Origin: Williopsis jadinii
Lineage: Eukaryota
Reading direction: 5' to 3'
Length of the DNA stretch: 64,000 nucleotides
NCBI GenBank assembly: GCA_024346625.1
Contig: AP024665.1
Coordinates: 1,798,001-1,862,000, forward strand
Shown: one piece after another, positions 21,342 through 31,401 of the stretch
Layout of the letters: each line of letters starts with the position of its first letter
How positions within the stretch are numbered: position 1 is the first letter of the stretch
The notes under the pieces: generated by a model
Database searches by the model: none
What the model saw: only the letters and a program-made list of their open reading frames with translations
What the model was told of the DNA's origin: nothing
Program-made: the position numbers and the translations under genes

Positions 21342-21393
21342 ACACCCGGACACCATTACACCCGGACACCGTCACACCCGGACACCCGGACAT
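21342..21393 (+). promoter_or_regulatory. Cluster of four ACACCCGGACA motifs (Rap1-site-like)
   Basis: Four copies, two overlapping; resembles the ACACCCRYACAY consensus; related motifs at 4746, 40194-40266 and 52796-52840. Confidence 0.45.
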
Positions 21394-22572
21394 ACCTTTC
21401 AGCTGAGGCTGTGCTACGCAGTTTGGGTTTCAAACTGTTGTTGTTGTTTGAAGAGAGCACAAGAGATGCGCTTGTCAGGAGCCTTCTGAAGCCTTCTGAA
21501 GCCTTTGCTCTTGACAGACAGGAAGCTCAGATTCGTGTCCAGGAGGCACTCGAAAAGTCCACGTATTACGGACATCTTTCGGGCTTCGTTTGATGCAACG
21601 GACCAAGTGCTGCATTATGTCTTTGGAGCCATTCCGTCTGCTTTGGTCAACAGTTGATTCGCTCGTTTCCCTCTCTTCAGTGCTTCTCGTAACAGATTGA
21701 TTTGGTGCTTGCAGTAGCGCACGATGTCAATGCCATGTGACCGTAGATGTTAGGTGAGATTAGAGCTTGATCCGTGCAACCTGAACAACAACAAAGTCAA
21801 GGTGCAGCAGTGACTCGCATTTCACTTCATTGTATACTGTTGAAGTCTGCTTTGCGTCGATGTCACGCAGGCCTGAGAGGGAATGGCGTCCTTCGAGTAG
21901 CACACCCACAGTAGCTCATTGACTCCTCTCTCGCTCTGTGTCGTATTAGGCATCCTGATGGCTCTCGGCGCGCGAGAAGAAGGCAGCTCTGATACACCAC
22001 AGGTAGAATGAAGAAGGGGACTACCAGCTGACGATACCGAGGTGCATAGTAATCTGCAGACCACTGTCACGATGCTTATCATGCCATTCTGTTTAGGTCA
22101 AGGCCATCGTCGACAAGGCCAAAATACCCTGGCTGAGTCCCCTTCCGTACTGTTCTCTAGGCAAGCCATTGCCGACAGATCGCACAAGGCATATCGGACG
22201 TCAACGTTGAAAGAGCCGGCTACGGAGAGGATAGTTTAGTTACGATCTTTAGCATTTGGGGGGGGGGAGAGATCATCAACCGTGGGCAGTTTCCCAATTA
22301 GTCAACTAAGAATCGCACTCTGTTTCCGATTTATCACGTCTTCAACACTACAGCAGCCAGTTCACAGGGTGTTCGAACACATTGCACTGCAAAATGGTCC
22401 GATTGTCAAATACTCACTCACAAGTACTTAGTCGCACGGTTGTCGGGATTTCCTTCCCTCGGGGTCTCCTTCCCTATTTTTCGTCCTAGGCAAGGCCCAC
22501 TGAAGCTAAGCTTCCGCCAGAACGCCTTTAGGGCAGCGTCGTGGGCCGATTCATATTCACACATCTATCTTT

Positions 22573-22648
22573 CAGCCTATCTATCAGCCTATCTATCAGC
22601 CTATCTACCAGCCTATCTATCAGCCTATCTATCTATCAGCCTATCTAT
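22573..22648 (+). repeat. 12-bp minisatellite (CAGCCTATCTAT) x6
   Basis: Six units ending about 75 bp upstream of the CPR ATG. Confidence 0.95.
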
Positions 22649-22722
22649 ATATATGTGTCTATCAGAGCCCAGAATGTTTGGTCATGCTTCGTAGATAACG
22701 AAAGCTCAAAGCTGCAACTACC

Positions 22723-24756
22723 ATGCTCATCTTTGATTCTCTCGACCAGGTTATCTTAGGGGGATTGGCTCTTTCTGTAGCTGCCCACATCGTCAAGTTC
22801 GTTTCGAAGCCGGAGAAGAGCCTGGAGGAGAAGGCTAGATCGTCCGACAACATTTCCCATGTTAAGCCTTCCATCAAAGAAGCCTTAGAAGGGAACAAGA
22901 AGGACTATGCTGTTCTGTATTCTTCCCAAACAGGAACTTCACAGGATTACGCTTCCAAGTTCGCCAAAGAATTATCAGCACGCTTTGGCTTGAACGTGTT
23001 GCTAGGAAACTTACAAGACTATGACTTCGAAGACTTGAATAAGTTAGGTGAGAACACCGTTGTTTCATTCTTCATTTCTACTTATGGTGACGGTGAATTT
23101 GCCGATGATGGCTTTGACTTCGAGCAATACCTTTCGAGCAGCCCAGATCTATCGAACCTGAAGTACACATTGTTTGGATTTGGTAACTCATCATATGATT
23201 ATTTCAATGGGGCGTGTAAGAAGGCTTCTCAATATCTGGAACAGAGCAAAGCTAACCTAATTGGCAGTGTGGGACTGGCTGATGATGGGGAAGAGACTGT
23301 TGACGAGGACTACTTGAACTGGAAGGTTGAGGTATTTGATCTGATCAAGAGCTTCCTCGGGCTGACAGAGCATGAGTTCAAGTTCGAATCAGCTCTTAAA
23401 CTGGAACAATTGTCATCACCACCAGCTAAGCTGTTTCTTGGTGAACCTGACAACTCATACCTAAATGAGAAGACAGATCTATCCTTGGGGCCTTTTGACA
23501 ATTCTCATCCATACCTTGCACCAATTGTCAAGACCAAGAACTTGTTCTCCTCGCAAAGATCTTGTATTCATGTCGAGTTTGATTTATCGAAGACCAATCT
23601 ACGTTATTCCACAGGCGATCACGTCGGTGTTTATCCATCGAATAGTGACGAGAAACTGGATGAGTTCTTCCAGATAACTGGATTTGCAAATAAGAGAGAC
23701 TATATCTATAGCATCACGGCAATGGACTCAACATTCTCGCTTTCATTTCCTACACCAACAACGGTGGAGTCTATCTTCCGTTACTATAAAGAGATCAACG
23801 CCCCAGTCTCTGGAAACTATTTGAATACACTCAAAGAGTTTGTTCCAAACTCCAAATGTTTGGAGACAATTGACAGATTGATCAACGATAAAGAGCTATA
23901 CCGGGAAGAGGTGTTTTCAAAGAAGTTCAACTTTGCAGAATTGTTGTCATACTTGTCGAACGGTGAGGTCTGGAACTCTTTGCCATTGGAATATTTAATC
24001 GAGACCTTGCCAAGTTTACACCCACGGTATTACTCAATCTCATCATCATCGCTGGCTGAAAAGACCTCGATTCATATTACAGCAGCCGTGGAAGATGACG
24101 AGAAGATTGGTGATAGACGGATCACTGGTGTCACAACTAATCTGTTCCATGAGCTCCAGATCAAGCAAAATGGAGAGGACGTCGAGCCTATCCTACATTA
24201 TGATTTGCAAGGACCTAGAGGCAAGTATGGATCGCCATATAAGCTCCCTATATTTGTTCGTCGTTCCACATTCAAATTGCCCGTCAGTCTCACGACACCT
24301 GTTATAATGATTGGGCCAGGCACTGGTGTCGCTCCATTCAGAGGCTTTGTCAGGGACCGGGTTCATAGGGTCAAGAACCAAGGACTCACTTGTGGTAAGA
24401 GCTTGCTGTTCTATGGCTGTCGCTCTTCAGTGCAAGACTTCCTGTATAAACAGGAGTGGGAAGACTACAAGAGAGTCTTAGGTGATTCATTCGAGATGGT
24501 CACTGCCTTCTCAAGAGAGAGCGAACAAAAGGTCTATGTCCAGCACAAGATGATGGAGCATGCACAGGAGATTGCGCGTCTCGTGGACAAGGGTGCGTAC
24601 ATCTACATCTGCGGCGATGCAGCTAGAATGGCAAAGGACGTCAATAAGACACTGGTGAAGATCCTTGTGGAGCACAGGGGTGTCTCTGAAGAGGAGGCGA
24701 AGAAGACGCTGTTGGACTTGAAGAGCGTGAGAAGGTATCAGGAGGATGTGTGGTGA
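22723..24756 (+). CDS. NADPH-cytochrome P450 reductase (NCP1/CPR family; probably a divergent paralog)
   Basis: N-terminal TM; YSSQTGTSQDYA, STYGDGE, FGFGNSSYDYFN (FMN); PRYYSISSS (FAD); MIGPGTGVAPFRGF, YIYICGDA, C-terminal YQEDVW. Confidence 0.95.
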   Translation: MLIFDSLDQVILGGLALSVAAHIVKFVSKPEKSLEEKARSSDNISHVKPSIKEALEGNKKDYAVLYSSQTGTSQDYASKFAKELSARFGLNVLLGNLQDYDFEDLNKLGENTVVSFFISTYGDGEFADDGFDFEQYLSSSPDLSNLKYTLFGFGNSSYDYFNGACKKASQYLEQSKANLIGSVGLADDGEETVDEDYLNWKVEVFDLIKSFLGLTEHEFKFESALKLEQLSSPPAKLFLGEPDNSYLNEKTDLSLGPFDNSHPYLAPIVKTKNLFSSQRSCIHVEFDLSKTNLRYSTGDHVGVYPSNSDEKLDEFFQITGFANKRDYIYSITAMDSTFSLSFPTPTTVESIFRYYKEINAPVSGNYLNTLKEFVPNSKCLETIDRLINDKELYREEVFSKKFNFAELLSYLSNGEVWNSLPLEYLIETLPSLHPRYYSISSSSLAEKTSIHITAAVEDDEKIGDRRITGVTTNLFHELQIKQNGEDVEPILHYDLQGPRGKYGSPYKLPIFVRRSTFKLPVSLTTPVIMIGPGTGVAPFRGFVRDRVHRVKNQGLTCGKSLLFYGCRSSVQDFLYKQEWEDYKRVLGDSFEMVTAFSRESEQKVYVQHKMMEHAQEIARLVDKGAYIYICGDAARMAKDVNKTLVKILVEHRGVSEEEAKKTLLDLKSVRRYQEDVW

Positions 24757-25060
24757 GGTGTGCCATAGTGTTGAATCATCTATTTCAGTTCTGTATCTTT
24801 TAGCATCAGCATTGTAGCGCAGGTTGGGGATAATCTTCCCGGGCAGTTGAACGCAAGCACTGGCATGGGCTGGGCCTGGCAGGATGTATGGCACTGAAGC
24901 GAGATGTAGTGAGCTCAGGGTATCAATAGTCTGAGTTGGAGCTAATTTACTGCTGCCTTTAGACCGTTACCACACCTGTGAATCCCGAAGCTGACGAGTG
25001 GATGATACTGCTGGACTACAAAGAGGCCATTACGTCCTCCATAGTGCCGTTAGAATGAAC

Positions 25061-25737
25061 ATTAGAATGATGCTAATGAAAATGCCCAAACGGTCTCCAA
25101 ATCCACACAGAAGTATACCACTCGGTCTTTGACACTTTAATCAAGAGACCCACCAAGTAGGGGCATGCGGTCTTAGACGCTTTCTGAGATATCACCTTTC
25201 ATAAAGTGATCAAATTCGTCAGAAAAGGCATAAATTTGCCTATAGCTCAACAATCAGTCAAGATTGGGACAGCCTGGTCTTGTTGGTTGTAGAACTGATC
25301 TATCTGATCATATATACAGACTTTTGAATTGATTGAATGAGTAGTTCTTCCATAATGCTGTCCACTTTCTTCAAATATGTAATGCTGGTTCTTCGTTACC
25401 CCTAGCAAGCTCAACAATGCACGGAGGTTGTGGCTATGACCTTCAACGAGTCACACAGTCGCACATCCACAGGCAAAGCTGGTATCAACATGAGTCCGAG
25501 ATGCGTTGTTGATGGTTTGCGTTGCCCTTTCGAGATTGACCAATATTGATAACGCTTGTATGCTCTTACTGAAAAAAGCTATACAATAATCAAGATGTTT
25601 ACACTGCCGTCAGGTGGTTGGAAAAGTGGATAAGCACATGAACGATGAGATCAATTCTTTCTTTTCTGTACTAAACACGACTTAGATTGGTATCATTCTG
25701 ACATCCACACCGTATACACCCTTGCGACGATATATAC
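25061..25737 (+). mobile_element. Internally deleted Helitron remnant, copy B; retains Pif1-helicase C-terminal motifs
   Basis: DNA blocks shared with copy A (CATAAATTTGCCTATA 7567/25229; ATATGTAAT.CTGGTTCTTCGTT 7717/25375; GATT.GTATCATTCT.ACAT...ACACCCTTGCG within 9952-10012/25679-25737); translation AMTFNESHSRT (25433-25465) and CVALSRL (25518-25538) resembles AMTINKSQGQT...YVALSRV. Confidence 0.78.
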
Positions 25738-26658
25738 CAAACCAATATCATCAACAGAGGACCAGAGTCGTGGAATCAATATACCACGGACTGCGTAATA
25801 CAAGCTGATCACCAAGGTGCCAGTGGTTTCAAGACTCACATCCTGGAATACTCTGATAAATAGTACTCACTATACAGAGGCTTTACAAATCAACTTGCAA
25901 AGCATTGTATTACGAAGAAGATATCTAATTGAGCTACAACTCTGAGCTTCAGAGAGATAGTTGGCAGTCAACAAGAGGAGACTGCCAATTCTGAGATTAT
26001 AGAAGGCAGATCTTCTGGCTTGGAGCTGGCTTCCTCAACATGACTGGACTGGAGCCTCTAGTCTCACGTGCAAGTCTCTACAGTGCAACCAATGCCTCAT
26101 ACACTGCGACCTTTTGATCATAATGTTAACATGATCATTGGTCAACTCACTTGCAGATCATAGGAAACCACCATTATCACCCCATAGCAGTGGTTGTATA
26201 GGTTTATGACCAGAATTGGGCAAACCGTCAGCTTGCCTAACCAGTCTGAACCACTGTCTAACCTTCTGCAACCACCATTGGTACGAGCTTCTACGTAGAG
26301 TTGGTTCCTGAGAACCGTGTATATGTGCTTATATATGTGTGTTCCTACTCTTACCTCTAATATTGGTGATGTTCATGTTACAGCTGATAACATGCCGTAA
26401 CTACACACAGGTATCACCAACTGTCACTGAGCTATCAATGCTTTCAGTAAAACGATCACAGCGAGCTTGTATCAGCAGTATAGCTCCCTGAAGCATGCAG
26501 ACAGTGTCCATCACACGGTATCGTTATACAGCGAAAGCAAATGATGGTTCATCATGGTAATTATGGCAATGGTGGCTACAGCAGTTGCAGTAATAGTAAT
26601 AGCGTATCAGTCATTATCAGTCAATCTTGTTCATATATATAAGAGGCTTGAGAGGGAA

Positions 26659-27459
26659 TCACTTGTTCCAGATCCACCCAGACTTGTTCTCGTTGGACAA
26701 GTCCTCCAGAACCGGAGGCTCGCCATCCTTCGGAATGAGCTTTCTGAACTTCTTCTTCTCCTTCGAGCCATCAGGGAATCTCTGGTGGATCTCCGTGATC
26801 TCCTCGATATCACCATTGTCCAGAGTACGGATGCGAACAGACTTCGAGGAGCTGGTATACCCGTTCTGGTACTCTGAAACCTTTGTATTGTCCTTCTCCA
26901 CAGCAGGCAAGTCAAAGTCCAGGTCCTTAGCGTGCTCATCGTAGATCTGCTGGATGTTCTCACGCTCCTTCTCGAACCTGATTGTCTCATCGTACTTCTG
27001 CTTGACGAGTTTGCGCATCTCCAGATTCCAATCCATCAAGCTATTATAATCCTTGAAGAACAAGCCATGCTTGTTCTCAGAATCATTAGAGACATCGCTG
27101 TATGACAGCTCGTCATTGTAGTTCGATTTGGATGGGAACAGACATCTCCACCATCCCTTATCGTCCCAAGCGGATACGCCGTCACCCTCCTTACACTGCT
27201 GATACTCAGTGGTGGAAGGCGTAGGGTACGCACTGAGCCCTCTGCTGTTCCATCCACCTTTCAGATTACCGAAGTAGTCCCAGTTATCCAGCACCCTGTC
27301 AACGTTGAGGAAAGGCTTGAACCAGTATCTCCCGATGGAATCGACTGTATGGTCCCTCGTCAGGTTGAACCCACCATACTCAGACGCTCTATCGACAAAG
27401 CCCTGTGCCTTCTGTTCGGTGTACTCCTTATCCTTAGCAGAGCCGGTGTAAAATCCCAT
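26659..27459 (-). CDS. MPM1: Mitochondrial peculiar membrane protein 1-like
   Basis: GLSAYPTPS..EYQQC...GVSAWDDKGWWRCLFP and HGLFFKDY motifs; ATG 27459 (MGFY). Confidence 0.75.
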   Translation of the reverse strand: MGFYTGSAKDKEYTEQKAQGFVDRASEYGGFNLTRDHTVDSIGRYWFKPFLNVDRVLDNWDYFGNLKGGWNSRGLSAYPTPSTTEYQQCKEGDGVSAWDDKGWWRCLFPSKSNYNDELSYSDVSNDSENKHGLFFKDYNSLMDWNLEMRKLVKQKYDETIRFEKERENIQQIYDEHAKDLDFDLPAVEKDNTKVSEYQNGYTSSSKSVRIRTLDNGDIEEITEIHQRFPDGSKEKKKFRKLIPKDGEPPVLEDLSNENKSGWIWNK

Positions 27460-28796
27460 AGTATCGATCGTTTGTAGTTCTTCTCCAAGCAGACAGCTGT
27501 CTATAGAAAGCAACGGAAGGTGATGGAAGAGCATCGTGGCCCATAATTGAACAAAGAATATGGCACAGGGCTCCCGGTGGCGATACACGCGGTGGCGGTG
27601 TGCGGTGGCGGTGGTGTGCGGGTGTTGATGCTTACGTAATGCGAAAATAATTGTGTCATGTTACAGCCGTACACCTCACACACCTCTTTTTTGACAAGGC
27701 GCAGCTACGGCACTCAGCCACACTTCTCAGGTGAAGATAACAGCTCTTGGTGCCTTGCGAAAGAGCCACTGTTTCTGCTCCGTTGAGTTGCTCAATGGGC
27801 TTGATCGACAAGAACTGCAGGGCACAAGCACGCCCTTCACAGTTGAGCACATGACGACAGCGCATTGGCAAAATACTCCACGCTGAATCAGTGTCTTGTA
27901 GAGGTTCAAGAAGCGGGCCTATGGAATGAGGCATTGGAACACTTGTATCTCTCTCTATTATCATCAAATGATATATACATATATATAATGTGGATATATA
28001 GATCAATACAGCCATGCTGTAACCTCCACGTAGAAGTTGTCAGCTGACGCAGTGCCTCCCTCGCTTCACATCTACAGACAGCGTCAGAGAGAGGTTTAAG
28101 GCCCTTCATCCACACAGCTGGAGGCATCACCAAGAGAGGAATAAGACGGGAACCACACGAGAGCTGTATTAAGCCACACTTGTGAGACCCTCATTTCACA
28201 CTCAAGCTGTATTATTTGGCGTATTTGACAGCTTACTTTCCAATTTACGACAAACAGGTGAGGAGTTAGGGAGAAATGTGGAGGGTCTATTATTCCGGCA
28301 TTATGCGTATAGCGACATGTCTTCGTACGCAAATCATCCATTTCAAAATTGTGTATGCACTTGTCCAGGTGCTGGCCACACAGAGCACTCGTTGTATATA
28401 CCGTTATGGAAAGTTAAACGACTTCAATTGGCAGATGTGCATGAGGCACCACCAGTTTCATGTAGAACAAGACTGAGCCATAATGATCCAACACTTTCCA
28501 ATGCAATGAGGAGAGGAGTGGTGTAGGCGTCACCAATGTGCGGTGGCTTTGGAACATGAACATAGACAGAGCCTCATATGTGTGATCATCTCATCTGCAA
28601 CAGGGATAGTACATATCTTTGAGAATTTTGATCCACAGTCGCAACATGGAGCACGTCGTCGATATTCATCTCACATGCTGAGCTGCTGCCAACGGAACAA
28701 CCATGCTTATATATATATGGACCTTTGCAGATCAATGGTTATCTCTAGTTATCATCTCTTCAGAGCAAGGAATACTTACACACGATAAAACAAACC

Positions 28797-30530
28797 ATGT
28801 CGAAGTCAATAACACCTTTCGATGAGAAGGACGCCTTCGAGGTGGACATTGATCCTATCGAACACCCAACAGCTTCAGACACCGAGAGTGAGCAGCTTAA
28901 TGCTCTTGGTGCACCTGTGGAGAAACATAACCCGTTGGGTTTACAGTTGAATTATGTCTCTCTGTTCTATATGATTGTCTCTGGAGTGGTGGGAACAGGT
29001 ATCTTTGGTACACCTGGTTCCATCCTCAAACAGATCGGTTCTGTTGGTGCATCGTATGTGCTGTGGGTTGTTGGGTTCATCATCACCCTCTTTAGAGTGT
29101 TGATCTACGCCGAGTACGTGACGTATTTCAAAGATAGATCAGGTGGTGATGTTGCGTACCTCGAGCAGGCGTATCCAAAGCCGGAATTCTTGGTGCCAAC
29201 CACCTACGCTGCCATTAACGTGGTGTTTTCATTTGCAACCTCGTCAGCCACGGCCTTTGGCTCCTATATCCTTCAAGCTGCAAATGTTGAAAGAACAACG
29301 TGGAATCAAAGAGGTATCGGTGTTGCAGCTTTGGCATTCACCACTATCATGTCAGCTCTCAGCACCAAATGGAGTTTGAGACTGGCAAACTTCCTGGGAC
29401 ATGTCAAGATCATTACCCTCTTGTTCATTGCTATCTCAGGCTTTGTTGTGCTTGGTGGTGGTACCAAGGTTGAGAATCCGACAGCCAACTTCCAGAACGC
29501 ATGGGAGGGCACGACGACTGACCCAAATGCCATAGCAAACAGTATCATCAACATCTCCTTTTCATACGGTGGTACTGGCTATGCATTCAACTTGGTTTCC
29601 GAGATGCCGTTGAAGAAGAGACTCAAAGGCTTCAGAGTCCTTGTGCCAATCACCTTCTTCTTCCTGTTCGTGATGTACATCCTCTGTGTCACTGCATTCT
29701 TCGCAGGCTCCGGCTCTCTGGAAGAGTTGAAGCAGTCAAGTGTCCTCACTGCTTCTCTCTACTTTGAGAACATCTTTGGAGTGCCGGGGAGAAGAGCACT
29801 TGATGTCCTGGTTGCCCTGTCTGCCCTCAGTCATCTGTTCGTGGTCATAGTGGGCCATTCGAGATCCTTGCGTGAGTGTGGTCGTCAAGGTGTTCTCCCA
29901 TACACAAACTTCTGGGTCTCTGTGAAGCCCTTTGACACCCCATTGGGTCCAATCCTGGTTACCTTCATCATCAACATCATTGTGCTTCTTGCACCACCAG
30001 CAGGTGATGCATATAACTTTGTGATTTCATTGGGGTCATATTCTGGTTACATCTTTGACTTCTTCCTCTCCTTAGGCCTACTGCTAGTGAGAAGACAGAG
30101 AAAGCAAAGAGGGCTTCCAAGTGCTGGGTTCAAAGTCCCACTGCCTCTAGTGATCATTCAAATATTGTTCCAGTTGTTTGTCATTGCTATGCCATTGGTT
30201 CCTCCAAGCAACGGCTCGTTGAAGGGGTCCAACGTCAGCTTCTTTTACGCAACGTACTGTATAGTGGTGATTGGCCTCTTCCTTCTGTGTATTGCTTACT
30301 ACATCGTTTGGCAGTTTGTGCTTCCAAAGTACGGTAAGTACGCACACAGGGTTGAGCTCTACACTTTGGAGAACGGTGCCAAGGGACATCGTGTCGTCAA
30401 AGTGCCATTGGACCAGGTGGAGGAGTGGGATAAAACCAAGACCCATATTCATCTAAGGGCGCCTGCAGAGGATAGTGACTCTCACATCTCTTTGGACGAA
30501 CTACCAACGGCATCAACGACAAAAGCTTAG
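28797..30530 (+). CDS. High-affinity methionine permease-like (LAT/APC family, MUP1-like)
   Basis: GVVGTGIFGTPGSIL, RSGGDVAYLEQAYPKP, RECGRQGVLP, LAPPAGDAYNF. Confidence 0.88.
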   Translation: MSKSITPFDEKDAFEVDIDPIEHPTASDTESEQLNALGAPVEKHNPLGLQLNYVSLFYMIVSGVVGTGIFGTPGSILKQIGSVGASYVLWVVGFIITLFRVLIYAEYVTYFKDRSGGDVAYLEQAYPKPEFLVPTTYAAINVVFSFATSSATAFGSYILQAANVERTTWNQRGIGVAALAFTTIMSALSTKWSLRLANFLGHVKIITLLFIAISGFVVLGGGTKVENPTANFQNAWEGTTTDPNAIANSIINISFSYGGTGYAFNLVSEMPLKKRLKGFRVLVPITFFFLFVMYILCVTAFFAGSGSLEELKQSSVLTASLYFENIFGVPGRRALDVLVALSALSHLFVVIVGHSRSLRECGRQGVLPYTNFWVSVKPFDTPLGPILVTFIINIIVLLAPPAGDAYNFVISLGSYSGYIFDFFLSLGLLLVRRQRKQRGLPSAGFKVPLPLVIIQILFQLFVIAMPLVPPSNGSLKGSNVSFFYATYCIVVIGLFLLCIAYYIVWQFVLPKYGKYAHRVELYTLENGAKGHRVVKVPLDQVEEWDKTKTHIHLRAPAEDSDSHISLDELPTASTTKA

Positions 30531-30627
30531 ATAACTATATCACGTGTGTTTCCAGTACTATTTGTGTTTTGTTTGTTCACATGATCAATAAATACAACGT
30601 TTCTCTCCCTTCTAAGCGATACACCTC

Positions 30628-31188
30628 TCATACCTTGGAGAAGTCAAAGTCAAAGCTGGAACCACAGCCGCAACTGGAAGCCATATATGGGCTGTCCACA
30701 ACTTTGAACATGCTTCCAATCAGCTCTGTGGTGTAGTCAACAACACTTTCCCGTAGAATGCTCAACGATGCATCATCTATCATCACATGAGCACCATCTT
30801 TCTCAAATATACAATCATCCTCGGTCTTTTCAGCCAAGTTCGACAGATGGAGGTTGTATTGGAACCCATGACAACCTCCACTCTCAACGGCGATCCTGAG
30901 GGCAAGATCGGGATTCTTCTCTTCCTCTGCGATGGACTTCAGCTTTGCAACCGCACGCTCACTGATGTCGATAGTCAGCAGCTTGCCATCGTCTGTGTAC
31001 TTCTTGTTATGGATCTCCAGCTTGCTCCCACTCTTGAAGTTTCTCCCAGTATTGGCCAATGACGTTGGAGCCCTCTTCTTCATCTGTGCTTGAGAAGAGT
31101 TGAAACGCACTGGAGGAAGATACCTCACAGTTCTTATGGTTCTGCCTCGATTAGCAACTCTTAATGCGTTCAGTGATAGCTTTAACAT
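30628..31188 (-). CDS. ISA2: Mitochondrial A-type Fe-S cluster assembly protein
   Basis: LRIAVESGGCHGFQY, VDYTTELIGSMF, SSCGCGSSF. Confidence 0.95.
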   Translation of the reverse strand: MLKLSLNALRVANRGRTIRTVRYLPPVRFNSSQAQMKKRAPTSLANTGRNFKSGSKLEIHNKKYTDDGKLLTIDISERAVAKLKSIAEEEKNPDLALRIAVESGGCHGFQYNLHLSNLAEKTEDDCIFEKDGAHVMIDDASLSILRESVVDYTTELIGSMFKVVDSPYMASSCGCGSSFDFDFSKV

Positions 31189-31401
31189 CGTTCAGTCCTC
31201 TTGATCACAGCACTTGAGTCGTTCTTGCTAGAGCAAAATGGAAAGGGTATTAGAAATAGCACTTTTCTGACAAATTCCGAAGCTCGGACGCGCAAGCCGG
31301 ATCTGGCGAGAAGTCCGGCGATTGCGAACCGGAAGTTGATTATATAATTGTAATATAATTATCATTACTTTATGATTGTTGTGCCATGGTTCATGTGTTC
31401 A

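Noticed and set aside
25790..25950. Fragment VVSRLTSWNTL resembling hAT transposase TRWNS
   Set aside because: Too short and too divergent, with no other hAT motifs or TIRs seen
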